A DNA stretch of 64,000 nucleotides, taken from Antechinus flavipes (lineage: Eukaryota). This document shows positions 49,375 through 62,200 of this stretch, in pieces. The notes under the pieces are model-generated. The model saw only the letters and a program-made list of their open reading frames with translations. It was not told the origin of the DNA and did not search any database. Every line of letters begins with the position of its first letter. Position 1 is the stretch's first letter. The stretch lies in contig NC_067400.1 in the NCBI RefSeq assembly GCF_016432865.1, positions 61,070,001-61,134,000 of the forward strand, in the 5' to 3' direction. Made by a program: the position numbers and the translations under genes.

Positions 49375-49375
<1 letters not shown>

Positions 49376-51485
49376 TTAATCCCTTTATAGGAAGGGATCT
49401 TGGTTTTTTTGTTTGTTTGTTTGTTTGTTTTTGGATGACTCTCCAGATTTGAACTGACTTTTTAAAAACAAATTAGTGTCCCTAAGGTTGTAATCTTTCC
49501 TGAACATGGGTGATAATGTAGAAGGAAAGCATTAAATATTCAAAAAGCATGTATATTATTGAGTAGTTTTACTCAATTGAGTTTTGCAGTCTGTTGGAGA
49601 GGATCTGCTCTTGGTTCTGAAGTTAGCCCTTAACACCTCATTCACTTTCTTTTGGGAGGAAGAGGACCTGGTGGGCAATACAGTGTTTTCCATGTATGTT
49701 TACAGTCATTTGGAATTTGTATTTCACAAGGGAAGGAAGAAACTCCTACAAATCTTTTATAATTTCCTAGGATTAGATTCCTTTTCTGATATATATTTTT
49801 TCTCCTAAAACGAATACTGAAGTCCATGGCTATTTTGGAAGGTGTTTTTTTTTTTTTTTTTTTTTTTTTTTTGGTCTTTTTTAAATATAGCAGATTTTTT
49901 TGTTTCTTTGTGTGTGTGTGGATTTGAGGCAGGGTGAGAGTGGGTGGTATGGAATCTTTATTTAAGAAATTTGACATTCACATGCTTGCTATTCTAATTG
50001 CTGTGTGGCATCCTAATTTAGATGTTCAGCTCAAGGAATGGCTTTCCATTTCTTGGGAATTGAAATCATTTGCCCATTTTTGTCATGAGGCCATTGCAGT
50101 TAAGTAAATTGGTGGGGTAATGAAGTTTATTTTATTTTATTAGTCTCTTACCTGAGAGATTCTCTGACTCATTGCTTATTTACTTTAGTTCTTGTTATAT
50201 GTAAAATTGTAAAGTGGGATCATTGACTTAGAGCAGGAATGAACCTAAAAAGTCATCTCATTGAAACCCTTCCCCTACCCCACCCCATTTTGCTATTGAA
50301 GAAACAGAAATTCTGAAAGATTAAGTGTTTTGCTTCAAGGTCAGGCTGATTATAAGTGGCATTTATTTGGGATTTGAATTTGGGGTCATTTGAATTCTGA
50401 TCCAGCCTTCTTTGTATCTGTTTTATCATGATGTTTATCTAGTATATAAAGTAATATCCCACTTGGTGGAGCTGGGGGGGAGGGGACACTAGTGGAAAAG
50501 ATGTGACCAAATACAATATCATTTTGATATCATCAGTGACAAATTCATTTTAGAGCTAAGTCCTCAAATCTGAAAATATGATCTCTTTTTAAATATGCTT
50601 AATCCTTCATATTTTGTATCATAGCTTTAGTCAGAATTTGGAATTTTAAGTTTGTGTCTGTGTGTTTATATGTGTATATCTTTATATGCTTGGGATATTT
50701 AAAAAAAAAATTGAATCTAAAAATTTTCTTTTGAGAATCTTGAGCAGGCCAAAAGGTATTCTGAGAGATATCTTGATTCCCATCAGTACTTTTACATACA
50801 TTGAAGAGGATTGCTTTGAAAACCTTTGACAAGCTCCTTAGTAATGAGATTAGATAGTGTAATTGTCTAAGATTCTTCTAATTAATCAGCTTTATCTAGG
50901 ATTTAAGGAAACTTTAGCCAGCAACCTTTCCTGCACAAGATGTAGTCAGCAAACAAAAGGGAGTAATTTGGGTCCATCTTTTGGAAAACCAGTGTGTCTT
51001 TTTCCAAAAGTACCAACAGAAATAGCTCTTAAATGATTTGATTTTCATTTAAATCCATTCACCCTACTTCCCAAACCCCCCCCCCCCACCACCACCATTT
51101 TTCTATTTTATTCTTTGTTGTTGAATAATTTTTTATAGAGTTAATAATTTATTAGCTTCTGTATATGTTTTTTGAAAAGGAAGGGAAAATACTGTGCTAA
51201 GGCCTTTACAAATAATGTTTCATTTGATATTTTGACATTACTTATTTGAAAGCCATCTGCACTACTAGTCACCATAGACTTGCCCACATAGCTATGAGAA
51301 AATGCCAAACTCTTTGGTAGAGTGAACTAATCTTCACAGGCACCTGTGTATAGTTTCTAGACAGATTTTCTAAGGATCTGGCTCAGTTCATTCAAGAGGA
51401 TTGTATGAGTGGGTGTATGTATGTATATGTATTGCAGGGATGGACAAAGATATGGATTTACAAGGATAGAGGAAGAGAATGAGAT

Positions 51486-51785
51486 CAGAGATGTCAAAAC
51501 TCCCCAATGCCTCCAATTAAATTAAAATGTAATTGGGGAATATTTAACAAAATAAATAAAAATATAACCAAAAATATAATTTTAAAAACTTTATTTTAAT
51601 ATTTAATTTTAAAATTTGAAGTTTCAAATTTTACTCTTTCCTCTAGCTCATTCCCCCACCATTGAGAGTCAAGTAATATATTAACCATAGTTGTAACATC
51701 ACGGAAAAATTTTCACTTAAGTCTGAACATAGATAATGTTAATCTGTGGTTTTCTAAATCAATAATATGCTGCAATATGTCTTCA
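51486..51785. mobile_element. hAT-type MITE interrupted by an antisense L1-like 3' fragment (about 51580-51722)
   Basis: cagagatgtcaaaac...attaaaatgtaattggggaatatttaacaaaataaataaaaat [insert] catagataatgttaatctgtggttttctaaatcaata. The insert aaatttgaagtttcaaattttactctttcc...cccaccattgagagtcaagtaatat resembles marsupial L1 3' ends. Confidence 0.55.
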
Positions 51786-52009
51786 GGGAATGTCTTCCAA
51801 AATCCTTTCAGTTTATGATACTGAATTTGTGAGTTTTAAGAAAAGTAGCAAATATGGTAACTTTGATATAGTGTCTATTTAAACAACTGTAACTTTCTAC
51901 TTTAGTTACAAAACCTTGATATAATGTCCAAACAACTGCAACTTCCCACTTTAGTTACAATATTATTAATCTATTGAGAAAAGAAGAAAATGCACCAGCT
52001 TTTATCGGG

Positions 52010-52430
52010 AGACAGTGCTGTGCACTGGCATAGAGGGCCAGCATTGAAGGCAAGTGCTTTGTGTTCAAATCTTGACTGAACTACTTGCCTCCTATAGCTA
52101 TGGGTAAATCAGTCAACCTTTTGAGGATACTATTTTTTCCTTAGCCATACCATGCAGATATCAAATTAGATGTCTGCTAAGCATCTATCTAGTTCTTAAT
52201 TTATATTTTTGATGATAATTTTGATCCTACTGCTTCTTAAGTAGTATCACTTGCCTCTTTTTTTCTTGTCTATGAAATGCAGATATATTTATCAGATGAC
52301 TCCTATAGATCCAAAGGTTGGCTCTGCTACTTCCTAGTTATGACTATGAGCATGTTGTTTAGTCTTTCTTAGCCCCAAGTTTCTCTCCTGTAAAATGAGG
52401 GAGTTGAAATTAAGTGATTTCTAAGCTCTC
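52010..52430 (+). mobile_element. Two decayed CORE-SINEs
   Basis: ggcatagagggccagc...gtgttcaaatcttgac and gctacttcctagttatgact...ccccaagtttctctcctgtaaaatgagggagttg. Confidence 0.55.
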
Positions 52431-52485
52431 TCTCTTACCACTAGCAATCTGTGAAATTTTCTATCCAGTTAAGAAAAGGACACAA

Positions 52486-52493
<8 letters not shown>

Positions 52494-52534
<41 letters not shown>
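52494..52534. repeat. (CA)n microsatellite
   Basis: About 20 perfect CA units. Confidence 0.97.
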
Positions 52535-52536
<2 letters not shown>

Positions 52537-53869
52537 CTCTATTATCATGGATGTCCAATATATTTTACTTAGCCATTAGCAGAGCTTCAAACTGAACAAT
52601 CTTTATAGCCATCATTTGGACAGGAAGCCAAAACTGAAATGAATTGATAGTTATATTCCCTCTAAGAAATAATTAACTTCTTGTGACTTCCTTTGAAAAA
52701 CCAGGATTTCTCCAGTTACCTCAAGTGTAACTAACATCTTTAAAATTATTTTGATTTTGATTTTTAAAAACAAATTTGTGATGTTCAGAACCTTATCCAA
52801 ATGGCCTCTATAAAAAAAAAAAATTGGTTGTCTTTGGAACCCTACTGATGATGGAGAACATGAATGATATTTGAAACTCTTAGGAAGTTGAATCTTGGGA
52901 AGAAACAAGATGAGGCAGATTTCACAGTGTTAATATCAAAAGACTTATTTGAGGTGGCATTAGTAATATTGCTATTGGATTCCACAATATGACTTTTAGA
53001 AGAACAGATTTCTCTGTGTGGGTTTTTTCCTCTATTTTCTGTTTCATATGGGATTGTTTTCTTTAGAAGCTTCTTCTTAAGGGTTGGTTCCATAATTGTC
53101 GTGGGCATTACAGGGATTAATTACATTGGGCCAGAAGAATGGCATAATTTCACAAAGAACTCCTTAATTCATTATATTCAGATTCTTCAAATGTCCATCC
53201 TTAAAACTGGCAGTTCTAGAAGATAGCACATCATTCTGCAGTCTGTTCTCTGATGATTACTACTTGTTTGACCTTGTGAAACTTAACCTTGAAAAAGTTT
53301 CTGATCTTCTTATCTGCATTATTTGAATATTGGTAAAGGGATGTGATGAAGTTCATCCTGAAGATGAAGGGTATCTTGTCCTTTCTTCATGGAGGCATGT
53401 TTAGTTTTGCACTGTCTCTAATAGTAGGGATTTGCTTTAATTTAGTAAAAAAAACACTGACCCCAAAGTCAAGATAGCTGGACTTGCACTAACCAGCTCC
53501 ATTGAGCTTATCATTAATCAGCAATGTTGAGCTAAATCACCTCACCTTTCTGGACATCCTTTTTTCCTGTAAGATATTTGAACCAGGTGACCTCTAAACT
53601 CCTTCCATTCTCAATATCCATGATTCTCAGGAGATGAGCAGTAATCTTGTCATTGAATAACTTGGGCTCTATTTCCAGTCCTCAGACCAGCCAGCCAGAT
53701 TATCTTGGTCAAGTCATGTAGCTTTCTCGATTTAACAGTTTATGATGCTGTTTTAAGAAAAGTGGCAAATGTGGTCCATGGTGTTCTTTTGAATTGTGGC
53801 TACTTCCTTCGTTTTGTTGCATTATTGCTACCCTACGGAGTGAGAACATTAAATAGAGACAATTTCCAT

Positions 53870-54250
53870 GATTCTTAGAAGGTAATATGGTAGAGTGGGA
53901 AAAGTACCAGCTTTGAAGTCAGATGGTCTGGGTTAGCCACTTGCTACCTGTGTGGTCATCAGCAAGTCATCTGACCTCTCAATGCTTGCTTTTCTTATCA
54001 GTAATACTAGTTAACATATAGTGCTTTTTATGTGTCAGGTGCTGTGCTCAGGATTTTACAAATATCTTATTTGATCCTTACAATTACCTTGGTGGATGGT
54101 TACCTTTCTCAACCCATTTTGTAGAGGAGAAATCTGAGACAGAGATTGAATGCCCAAGATTACAAAGCTAGCAAGGTCACATCTGAGGTCACATTTGAAC
54201 ATGTCTTCCTGACTCCAGGTCCAGCACTCTATCCATTGCACCAGCTACTT
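53870..54250. mobile_element. Sense MIR (about 53870-54000) abutting an antisense MIR (about 54010-54250)
   Basis: ctttgaagtcagatgg...gcaagtcatctgacctctc, then tttacaaatatcttatttgatccttacaa...ttcctgactccaggtccagcactctatccattgcaccagct. Confidence 0.8.
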
Positions 54251-56834
54251 GACTATAAAATACAGACAAATACTGGATTAGATAAGCCCTAAGGATTCTT
54301 TTGGTTTCCAATTTATGTTTTGAATTCTAATTTTAGTTCTACTTCCTAGTTGTATAATCATAAGCTCTCTCAGGCTTACTTTCTTCATCTATACCATGAG
54401 GCACCTGGAATAGAGAGGGTTTCTCTTCTTAGTCCTGACATTTCATGATTTTCACATGGGAGGGAAAAGTATCCTTCTTTGAATGCTCAGAGATTATGCA
54501 CCTCTCACATACCTTCTCATGGAATTTTCTATTAAATTGCATTTGTGTAGATGGTTTATTTCCCTATTGTTTGCTTGCAAGTTCTTTATGGGAAGGGATG
54601 ATATCCTTTTTATCTCCATATCCACATTGGCGCTTAGCATGATGTCTTATATGTCCATGTAAAGTAATTATTATATAATAAAGATATTATATTATCTATA
54701 AAAATGCAGCTGCATTGAATATTATGGAAGCATATCTGATTTCCTAGTAATTGGACTAGTGTCATACAAGTCCTGAGTAGTGTGAATGTTCGATGGACTT
54801 CTTAAGAACCAGGTTTTAAGAATATCTTGAAGGACTAAGCTGTTTCAGTTGACACTGTTTATATGTACATACTAGAGATAAGAGGATGGGCTTTTTTTTT
54901 TTTTTAATTTCAAAATAATATAATTATCTGCCTATAATTATTTGCATTTAAAATACACATGCATAAATGAGAGAAATTATGAAAATTGTAAAAAAAAATA
55001 TTTTGTTAGTTGAGGATCCTGGTCCTTCTGTATTAAAACATTTCCATTATCCCATTAAAATATTTAACTTGTTATAAGAAGATCTGAGTTCAAACTTCTA
55101 CTTTGCTGCTAACTCAATTGTGCCATTTCATTTCTGCCTTAGTTTACTCATCTTTAAAATAAGGATACATAATACTAACTCCATCTATCTCCTATCACTG
55201 TTGTGAGAAAAGTATCTAGCTGACCATAAATTCTGTCAGTGAAATTCAATATTATTATTATTATTAATGGTGGTGATGATGATGATGATGATTTTATATT
55301 CAATGCTGTGTTTTTGCCAAATTGTAAACTTTGGTTGGTTGTCAGTGGAACTTTAACTTTATTTTCCATTTTTGAAATCAAGGAAGTGATTTGGGATTCA
55401 AAATAAAAAAACAAAAAACAAACTTTTTAAAATATGTAATTGAAAAATATATTATTCAAAAAATAAAATTAAGGAAATATTAATGGCTTATTAAATAATC
55501 CTCCTTAAACTTGGAACTCAGAATATGAAATTCTTCTTAGCATATTTGTTTCTCCCTTCATAGCAGGTGTTCTCCATTCTTCATATAAAGAGAGTAGTAT
55601 TTGGGTAATTTTAGAGAAAGGAGGGTAATACTATCCTTTTATATTTCTAAATCAGTTTCCTTGGTCTTTTAAATGTGCTACATATATTGAACCTACATAG
55701 GGTTCCCCTTGCTTTAATTGATGAGATTATTTTGGTCTTCCTGGTGAGAATGTATAAAACCAGGGCTTCCTTTTCCCTTAAAGATATGTCCTGGCCTCCA
55801 GTCTCTGATTACCATAGTTGAATTTTTTTTTGAAATTAAAAAAAATATATAATTGGTTTCTCCAGAACTTCTATTAAAATGTGGAAATGTGTGTGTGAGA
55901 ATATTTTCCCTTTTATATTGAGTATTTGAGCTGAAGAATTTTGAGCTTTAAGGAAGATTCTATCTTAAAATGTAACTTTGGTTTATGTTAGTGGGTGAGC
56001 TCAATGGAAGAGGAAAGGCACAGTGAGAGAGGAGGGGTGGGGGATGAGGAGTTGTAAACCAGCAGAAAGAACTAATTAAAGCAAAGCCAAGAGAATTGAA
56101 TTCAAAGTTTGTATTGCACATGTGAACTAATCTTGGTACAATGGCATCTCTGGAAAGCTGTGTAAGGTTACTATTCATGCTCTGTCCCATCAAGCAAATC
56201 CTCACCCTAATAAGGAGCAAAATGCAGAAATCTTTTAAGCAATCCCTTCCAGGCCCTCCACACACTTCTTGCCCACTAAGCCATTAGCATTTAAAAAATA
56301 CAGGATAACATTCTCACCCCTTAGACTTGGATAGGTAGTCACATCTACACCCAAAGAAAATCCTTTATCAGTTTTATTTAGACTAAAAGATATAGCAAAG
56401 GTTTTAAGATCTAACTAAGGTATTCATCCATTGTAGTGAGACTTGAAGTGCTGTGAATCACAGAATATAATGAAATACCCCAAACTATTCATTTCTAAGC
56501 TTTATTGAATATAGACAGCAAAAAGGCTGAATGCCCTGCATGTCACCCCCAGCATCTGAAGTGAGAGATGTGCTTTAAGGTCCTGAAATATCAACAACAG
56601 ATCTTGATGTAGCAGAAGACAAAGGCATCTAGTGCTGAGCTCAAGGCTCTGGGATAGGATTGCCAAGAGCACCAGAATTATACCCTCTTTGGTTTAAAAA
56701 CAAATATTAAAGTAAGGAGGGGGAAGGGTAGTTCAGAACACTTAAACATAACAGGCAGACATTTTATCTATAGTTGTGCATTTGTACAATAAAGAGGTTA
56801 TTTTTCCTTTTTTGTTTGTGCAGCAACTAAATAT

Positions 56835-57131
56835 AACTGAGTGTCCAGTGGATAAAATATCGGACTTGTCAGGAAGACTTAAATTCAAATTCATTCTTCG
56901 ATACTTTTTGTGTGATCCTGGGCAAGTTTCCTCATCTGTAAAATAGGTATAATAACAGCACTTATCTCTCAGGATTGTAGTGAAGTGAGGATCAAAGGTG
57001 ATTTTATATGTATACATATACACACATATATATATACTTGCATACAATTCATGCATGTACACATGTATGTATAATATAGATATTGCTTGACACAGTGCCC
57101 AGCATGTAGGTGCTTAATACATGCTTGTTTC
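56835..57131 (+). mobile_element. MIR/Ther-1 CORE-SINE with an internal (TA/CA) expansion
   Basis: cagtggataaaat...tgtgtgatcctgggcaagtttcctcatctgtaaaat...gacacagtgcccagcatgtaggtgcttaatacatgcttgtttcc. Confidence 0.8.
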
Positions 57132-57538
57132 CATATACATTGGAACTCTGTCCGTGCCTTTGAAATTTATGGTAATTTACATATCTGTGTATCACAAATT
57201 TATGTGCTTTATTTATTCAACTATTCTTTCATCTATTCCTTCATTCCTTCATTCCTTCATGAGTATCTGGATCAACTAAAATAGAAATCCAGTTGACCTG
57301 GGTTTGACTTCAAAACCTTATGGCTTAATACATTCTTGTTTCCTTACACATTGGAACTCTTTTCATGCCTTCAAAATTTATGGAAATTTACTTATTTGTG
57401 CATCACATATTTTTGTGCTTCATTCATTCATTCATCTATTCATTCATTTACTTATTCATTCTTTCATCCATTCATAGGGATCTAGATCAACTAGAAGTAG
57501 AAATCCAGGTGACCTGAGTATGACTTCAAAGCCTTATG
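57112..57538. repeat. Diverged local tandem duplication, two units of about 211-216 nt (57112-57322 and 57323-57538)
   Basis: Both units begin gcttaataca..cttgtttcc...cattggaactct and end tagaaatccag.tgacctg.gt.tgacttcaaa.ccttatg. Confidence 0.9.
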
Positions 57539-59316
57539 GTTTTGGCTTATGTCAGATCAGATTAAAGCAGTATCTTTCCCTTCCATCTGTAGATTTTTAG
57601 ATTTTAATTTCAATTGCTCTTTGGGCACATGAAAGCCAGTTAAGGGCTAAATGGAACTTTGCTCACCCACTGTTATTCAGATGTGAAAGAGGGGAAAGAA
57701 GATAAAATAAAAGTAATTTGGACCTGTTTGCTCAAGCTCCTCCAACAGGAGCAGGGTAACCAGTCTTATACAAGTTGCCTTTGTTTACTGGGACTGACTG
57801 AGTGACAGGCTGTGCCCGGTGGGGTTGCATTGGTGTTCTGAGACTTATTGTGTTTGATGTGGGAAGGCTAGCCTTGACCCCCTCTGCTTCTTCCTGCCAG
57901 AACTGTGGTTTCCGATTTGAATCGAAACCCTCGGGCCAGTTTAAGCCCAGCCAAACAGCACCTTGCAAGTTGAACCTTATCTAATTATGTGATGTGTATA
58001 AACTCTAGAAACATAAATCTTAGTCACTGGAGCAACTTGTTTTCTAAGATTCTCTGGTCCAGTAAAAGACAAAGCAAATGAGGGAGAGATTGATCTCTTA
58101 GCACTTTTATTGTCAGGGCTGCACACATCATAAAGTCTGAGCTCCTTAGAGGAAATTCCATAAACAACTACGGTTAATAAGAGTGAAGTTACGATGTCTT
58201 CCTTGCACTCTTGCTAAATTCTCTTTCCGCTCACCATGACCGGTGCATGATTAATGAAATACCAACAGGATGTACATGAGAGAGAAACAGGCTTTGAATT
58301 GAAACCCACACTGATGCCTGCCTGGTGCATGAGTAATGCTAGGATAACTGTGGCTAGATCTATGTGGAACCACTGAATCAAATCGTTTTTGCTCAGGATT
58401 TTTTATCAGGTGGCTTCAGTGCAATCTGGTACATGGACAGCAACAGCAGTGTCTGGGTCTGATTTAGTTATTGCCAAGATGATGAAAAGCAGCTGGTTGA
58501 CACTTTTTTCCAATTGGTATTTTTGGTTATATGGGTACAACTTAAGACACAGTTTTAAAAAATAAAAAAATAAATAAAAAATGAATTATACAGACAATTT
58601 TAAGGATGATTGCCATTCTTTTTATTCTCTGATTTCATGGAATGACTGAGCTTTGTAAAATCCATTTTTTTTTTTGGTTGCCTTTTCTTTGAATTTTTGG
58701 AAGCTAATGATGCTAACATGATTATCATACTTTACCAGTTGATCATCAAGACCGTTTAGACTTGTATTTAATTGTAGAAATCAGGGGTGCTCTTATGGGT
58801 ATGTTTTATTATGATTGCTTATGTGACTTCCTTCCTTCCTTCCTTCCAAGACATATAGAATATGATACATCATGTTTCAGAAATTGAGTTGGTTGGGTAG
58901 TTCAAGTGCATTTCTCACTACTAAAACCATGGCTTTAGTCTGAAATATTAAGTTTGGTTTTAGACATGGAGAAGGGAGAAGAGAAAGAAAGAGGGAGGAT
59001 GGGGTTGGAGCAGGGAGAAAGAGCAGAGAGACAAAGAGAAAGGAAATGTCTTTGTATAGATATAGGAGATTTTCTGACTGAAAAATCTGCTTAATTTCCA
59101 GGGCTGCTTTTTGAAGGTGGTTGTTCTGAGTAGGAATATTGGCAGTCCAGAGATGATGATAGTGATTAGCCTTTATAAATTTGCTCATTTCATACCTGGG
59201 CCTATACTTTCTAGCCTAGGCTTTCTTCTCAATTAGGAAGATGAACTTTGTGGTACTTACTCCTTGCTGTAATTGTGATTACATGTGATGTTTTTTCTTT
59301 CTTTCTACTTCCACAG

Positions 59317-59472
59317 CATGCAAGATTGGATACTACAAGGCCCTTTCCACTGATACTTCCTGTTCCAAGTGCCCTCCCCATAGCTATTCTGTCTGGGAGG
59401 GAGCCACCTCCTGCACCTGTGACCGTGGCTATTTTCGAGCAGATGATGATGCAGCTTCCATGCCCTGCACTC
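59317..59472 (+). CDS. EPHA4: EPH receptor A4, internal coding exon 4 (EGF-like part of the cysteine-rich domain)
   Basis: Polypyrimidine tract ttttttctttctttctacttccacAG ends at 59316 and donor C|GTAAGT follows 59472. Length 156 nt, phase 1/1. Translates without stops to (A)[51 protein letters not shown](R) with 6 Cys. This matches recalled human EPHA4 [53 protein letters not shown] far better than EphA3/A5/A7. Confidence 0.97.
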
Positions 59473-59976
59473 GTAAGTTGAATACTTCTTTCCCAGCACA
59501 ATTAAATCTTTCTTCCTACCCTGCTTCAATCATGGCTAGGGTGGTAATGGGGAACACCCTTTGAGAAGTTAGAGCCGATAGCTTGCATTCATGTTCTTTC
59601 CCTAGTTGGTTACACTGAGGGGCAGTACTGGGCAATACCAGGTCTTCTCTCAGTATAGGTGCCCTGCATTGGGCAAATTAGATCAGAATGATCTCTCCCC
59701 TTTGCATTCTCCCCACCCTAATAATGGCATGATAATGGCCAATGGAAATGAGAGGATCTGGTTCACTGTTCTGATTTCATTTCAAATGCATATCCTGCCA
59801 GCAGAACATTTTGTGAAGAGAGTTCCAGTTGAGCTTTTTGTGGGCATCTGACAGTATAATTAGGGCTTAAGATTTGAATTTATAAACTGCTTTACCATTC
59901 CATCTAGGATGCTCAATAATCTTGACAGCTGAGGGAGAAACATGTATAGAGTAAGGTTATATAAATGAATGAGATT

Positions 59977-59979
<3 letters not shown>

Positions 59980-60015
<36 letters not shown>

Positions 60016-60062
60016 GACTTTATATATGTGTCTTATATATATATATAATATATATATATATA
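59980..60062. repeat. (CA)n followed by (TA)n microsatellite
   Basis: About 17 CA units, then tatatatgtgtcttatatatatatataatatatatata. Confidence 0.95.
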
Positions 60063-61984
60063 ATAATCCCATCATTATTAAAGTATAGCCTATCTCCTTG
60101 TCTATATTTGTGCTTTGCCATTAGCAATGGTTGAACAAAGAAATCTCTACCGTGGACTAGGGCAGAGTTCCTCTGTCTATGCATATTTGGCCCTCTACAG
60201 ACCCAGAATGATACTGCTCATGACTGGGCAGAGCACATTATAGACTATACAAATAGGATAGTTTTGAATCCTCAGGTTGCTTCTGACATTTTCCTTATTT
60301 CATGAACTTCTTCCTGGCTCAAAATGAATCAGAGCTAAAGTTGACTTCCCATAGTTGTTATGGACTAGAGAGAATTCTGGGAGCCCTTCCTTCTCTAGAG
60401 AACTCTCAAGTGACAAATGACTAGATCAGTGTCAGTTTTAAAATTAAGAAATAGCTGGTTTGCCTCCAGACATTCCTAGATCTTTTTTGCCCCTCTTTCT
60501 TCCACTGCTGGGTATTCTTTCTCTAGTGTCAATTGCCACACATTCTCATATCATTCCCACTTAGTTCTATTAGTTCTCTAACCACCTTGATTACGGTTCC
60601 ATATTCCAATCTCTTCTCTCACCCTACTCATTACCTTTTCTGTGTCTTTTTCCAGGCTCATTTTAAGTAACTGGCTTACTAATCTTTGATGAATTAATTC
60701 TCCTTTTCTCCTTTTCATACCATTTCTTTACTTTTGTAATCTCTTTTGGGAGATATTTACAATTCATAATAACAGAATCAAAAGAATTTCTTATCTAAAT
60801 AATAGGAATTAAAAACAAAACAAAACAAAATAGACTTTTCAAAATTCTCATAATATAGAAAACTCTCCTCCCTCTAAATTTTGCACATGTGATTCCAGTC
60901 CTGTCTTGAGTTCCTATATACTACTAATCCCATAGAATTTGTTGTTTGATTAGAGAATGGGAATGTACTTCCCTTTTCTACATTTTCCTCCCTCTTATTT
61001 CAGGATCTACTAGCCAATGTAGATAATGATTCAGTACAAATCATTTAATCATGGCAACTTAGATTTATCATCTATGAAACAATAAACCTTTTCAGCAATT
61101 GCTCAAAGCACAAGAACTTTACAATATTCATCTGACTTTTATATGTGACATATGAGGCACTTACCATGATGATTGAAGAGGTGCTAGCAGAGTAGGTCAG
61201 CATTATTTTTGGAGAAATTTTCATCCAATTTCCTTAGTGAATATGAGTAAGAAAAGGAAAATAATCATTGTTTTTGTGATTTCAAAGATCATTTTGGCAC
61301 AAGGTTGAACAACAACACAATCAGGCTAAAAAAAAATCTCCTCTGACCACTACAGATTAAAAAGTGGATTTCACCATGCACAAGCTTGATTTTGCTTCTT
61401 TCCTCATCAGTGCAATATCCATGCTGATAAATGAGCTAGATTTAATTCCTTTTTCCTATTGATCCCTCTTCATGGGAAAAACCTCCCTGGTCTTAATGCT
61501 AAACTTATTGAAGCTGGGACTTTGTTCATATGTTAGTTCATGCCTTAGAATCTGCTGACTATGAAGCATGTCCCTGTTGCAGTTGTTAAGCTAAGGTCTT
61601 GGCCATAGACTGGAGCGGACACAAGAAGTCTGTCTCATCTGACTACCTTCAGTAGTGTCCATGTCACTACTTCTTTAGAATCACACTCACTTCCTCTTTA
61701 TGGTTGATTTTATAGGTCTTTTCATCTAAGGATCTTTAAGCACTTGGTAAACATTAACTAATTAAGGCTCTTAAAATCTCCTGTGAGAGTGAAATGATCT
61801 GGACTCATTTTACAAATGAGTAAAGTAGCAGGGAAGGTACTAGACATCAATAGTGAACTTCTAAGTTAGTGGCAGTAAGTAATGGAATACAGAACTCTGT
61901 CTTTTAGTTTTAGGCTTTGGATTTTCCTTTAAAACACAATCTTTATTTTTTTTAACCTATCTTACTTCATTTCATTTCACCTCT

Positions 61985-62200
61985 CTCTGTGTCTCTCTCT
62001 CTTCCCCTTCTGTCTCTGTTTTTCTCTTTAGTCAGTCATCTATTTCAATCTTTCTCAATCTATCATGTCATTATTTCAGTGTATCATCTATTTCTGTCTA
62101 TTTCAATCTATGATCTATCTCAATCTTTCATATATCTATCTCTATTTCAATCTCCTTCTCAATTTCAGTGTATCATCTATCTATCAATCATCATCTATAT
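61985..62200. repeat. Degenerate (TC)n/(TCTA)n low-complexity tract
   Basis: ctctctctgtgtctctctct...tcaatctatc...atctatctatcaatcatcatctatat. Confidence 0.75.

Larger units (their letters stand above)
1..59316 (+). other. EPHA4: EPHA4 intron 3 (3' part; exon 3 lies upstream of the window)
   Basis: No ligand-binding/Sushi-domain exon found upstream of exon 4. Eph receptor genes characteristically have a very long intron after the large exon 3. Confidence 0.85.

Noticed and set aside
59229-59529. ORF-track entries 59229-59501(-), 59248-59481(+) and 59305-59529(-)
   Set aside because: These are off-frame or antisense shadows of EPHA4 exon 4. The true frame has an upstream in-frame TGA (59286-59288) and is entered by splicing.
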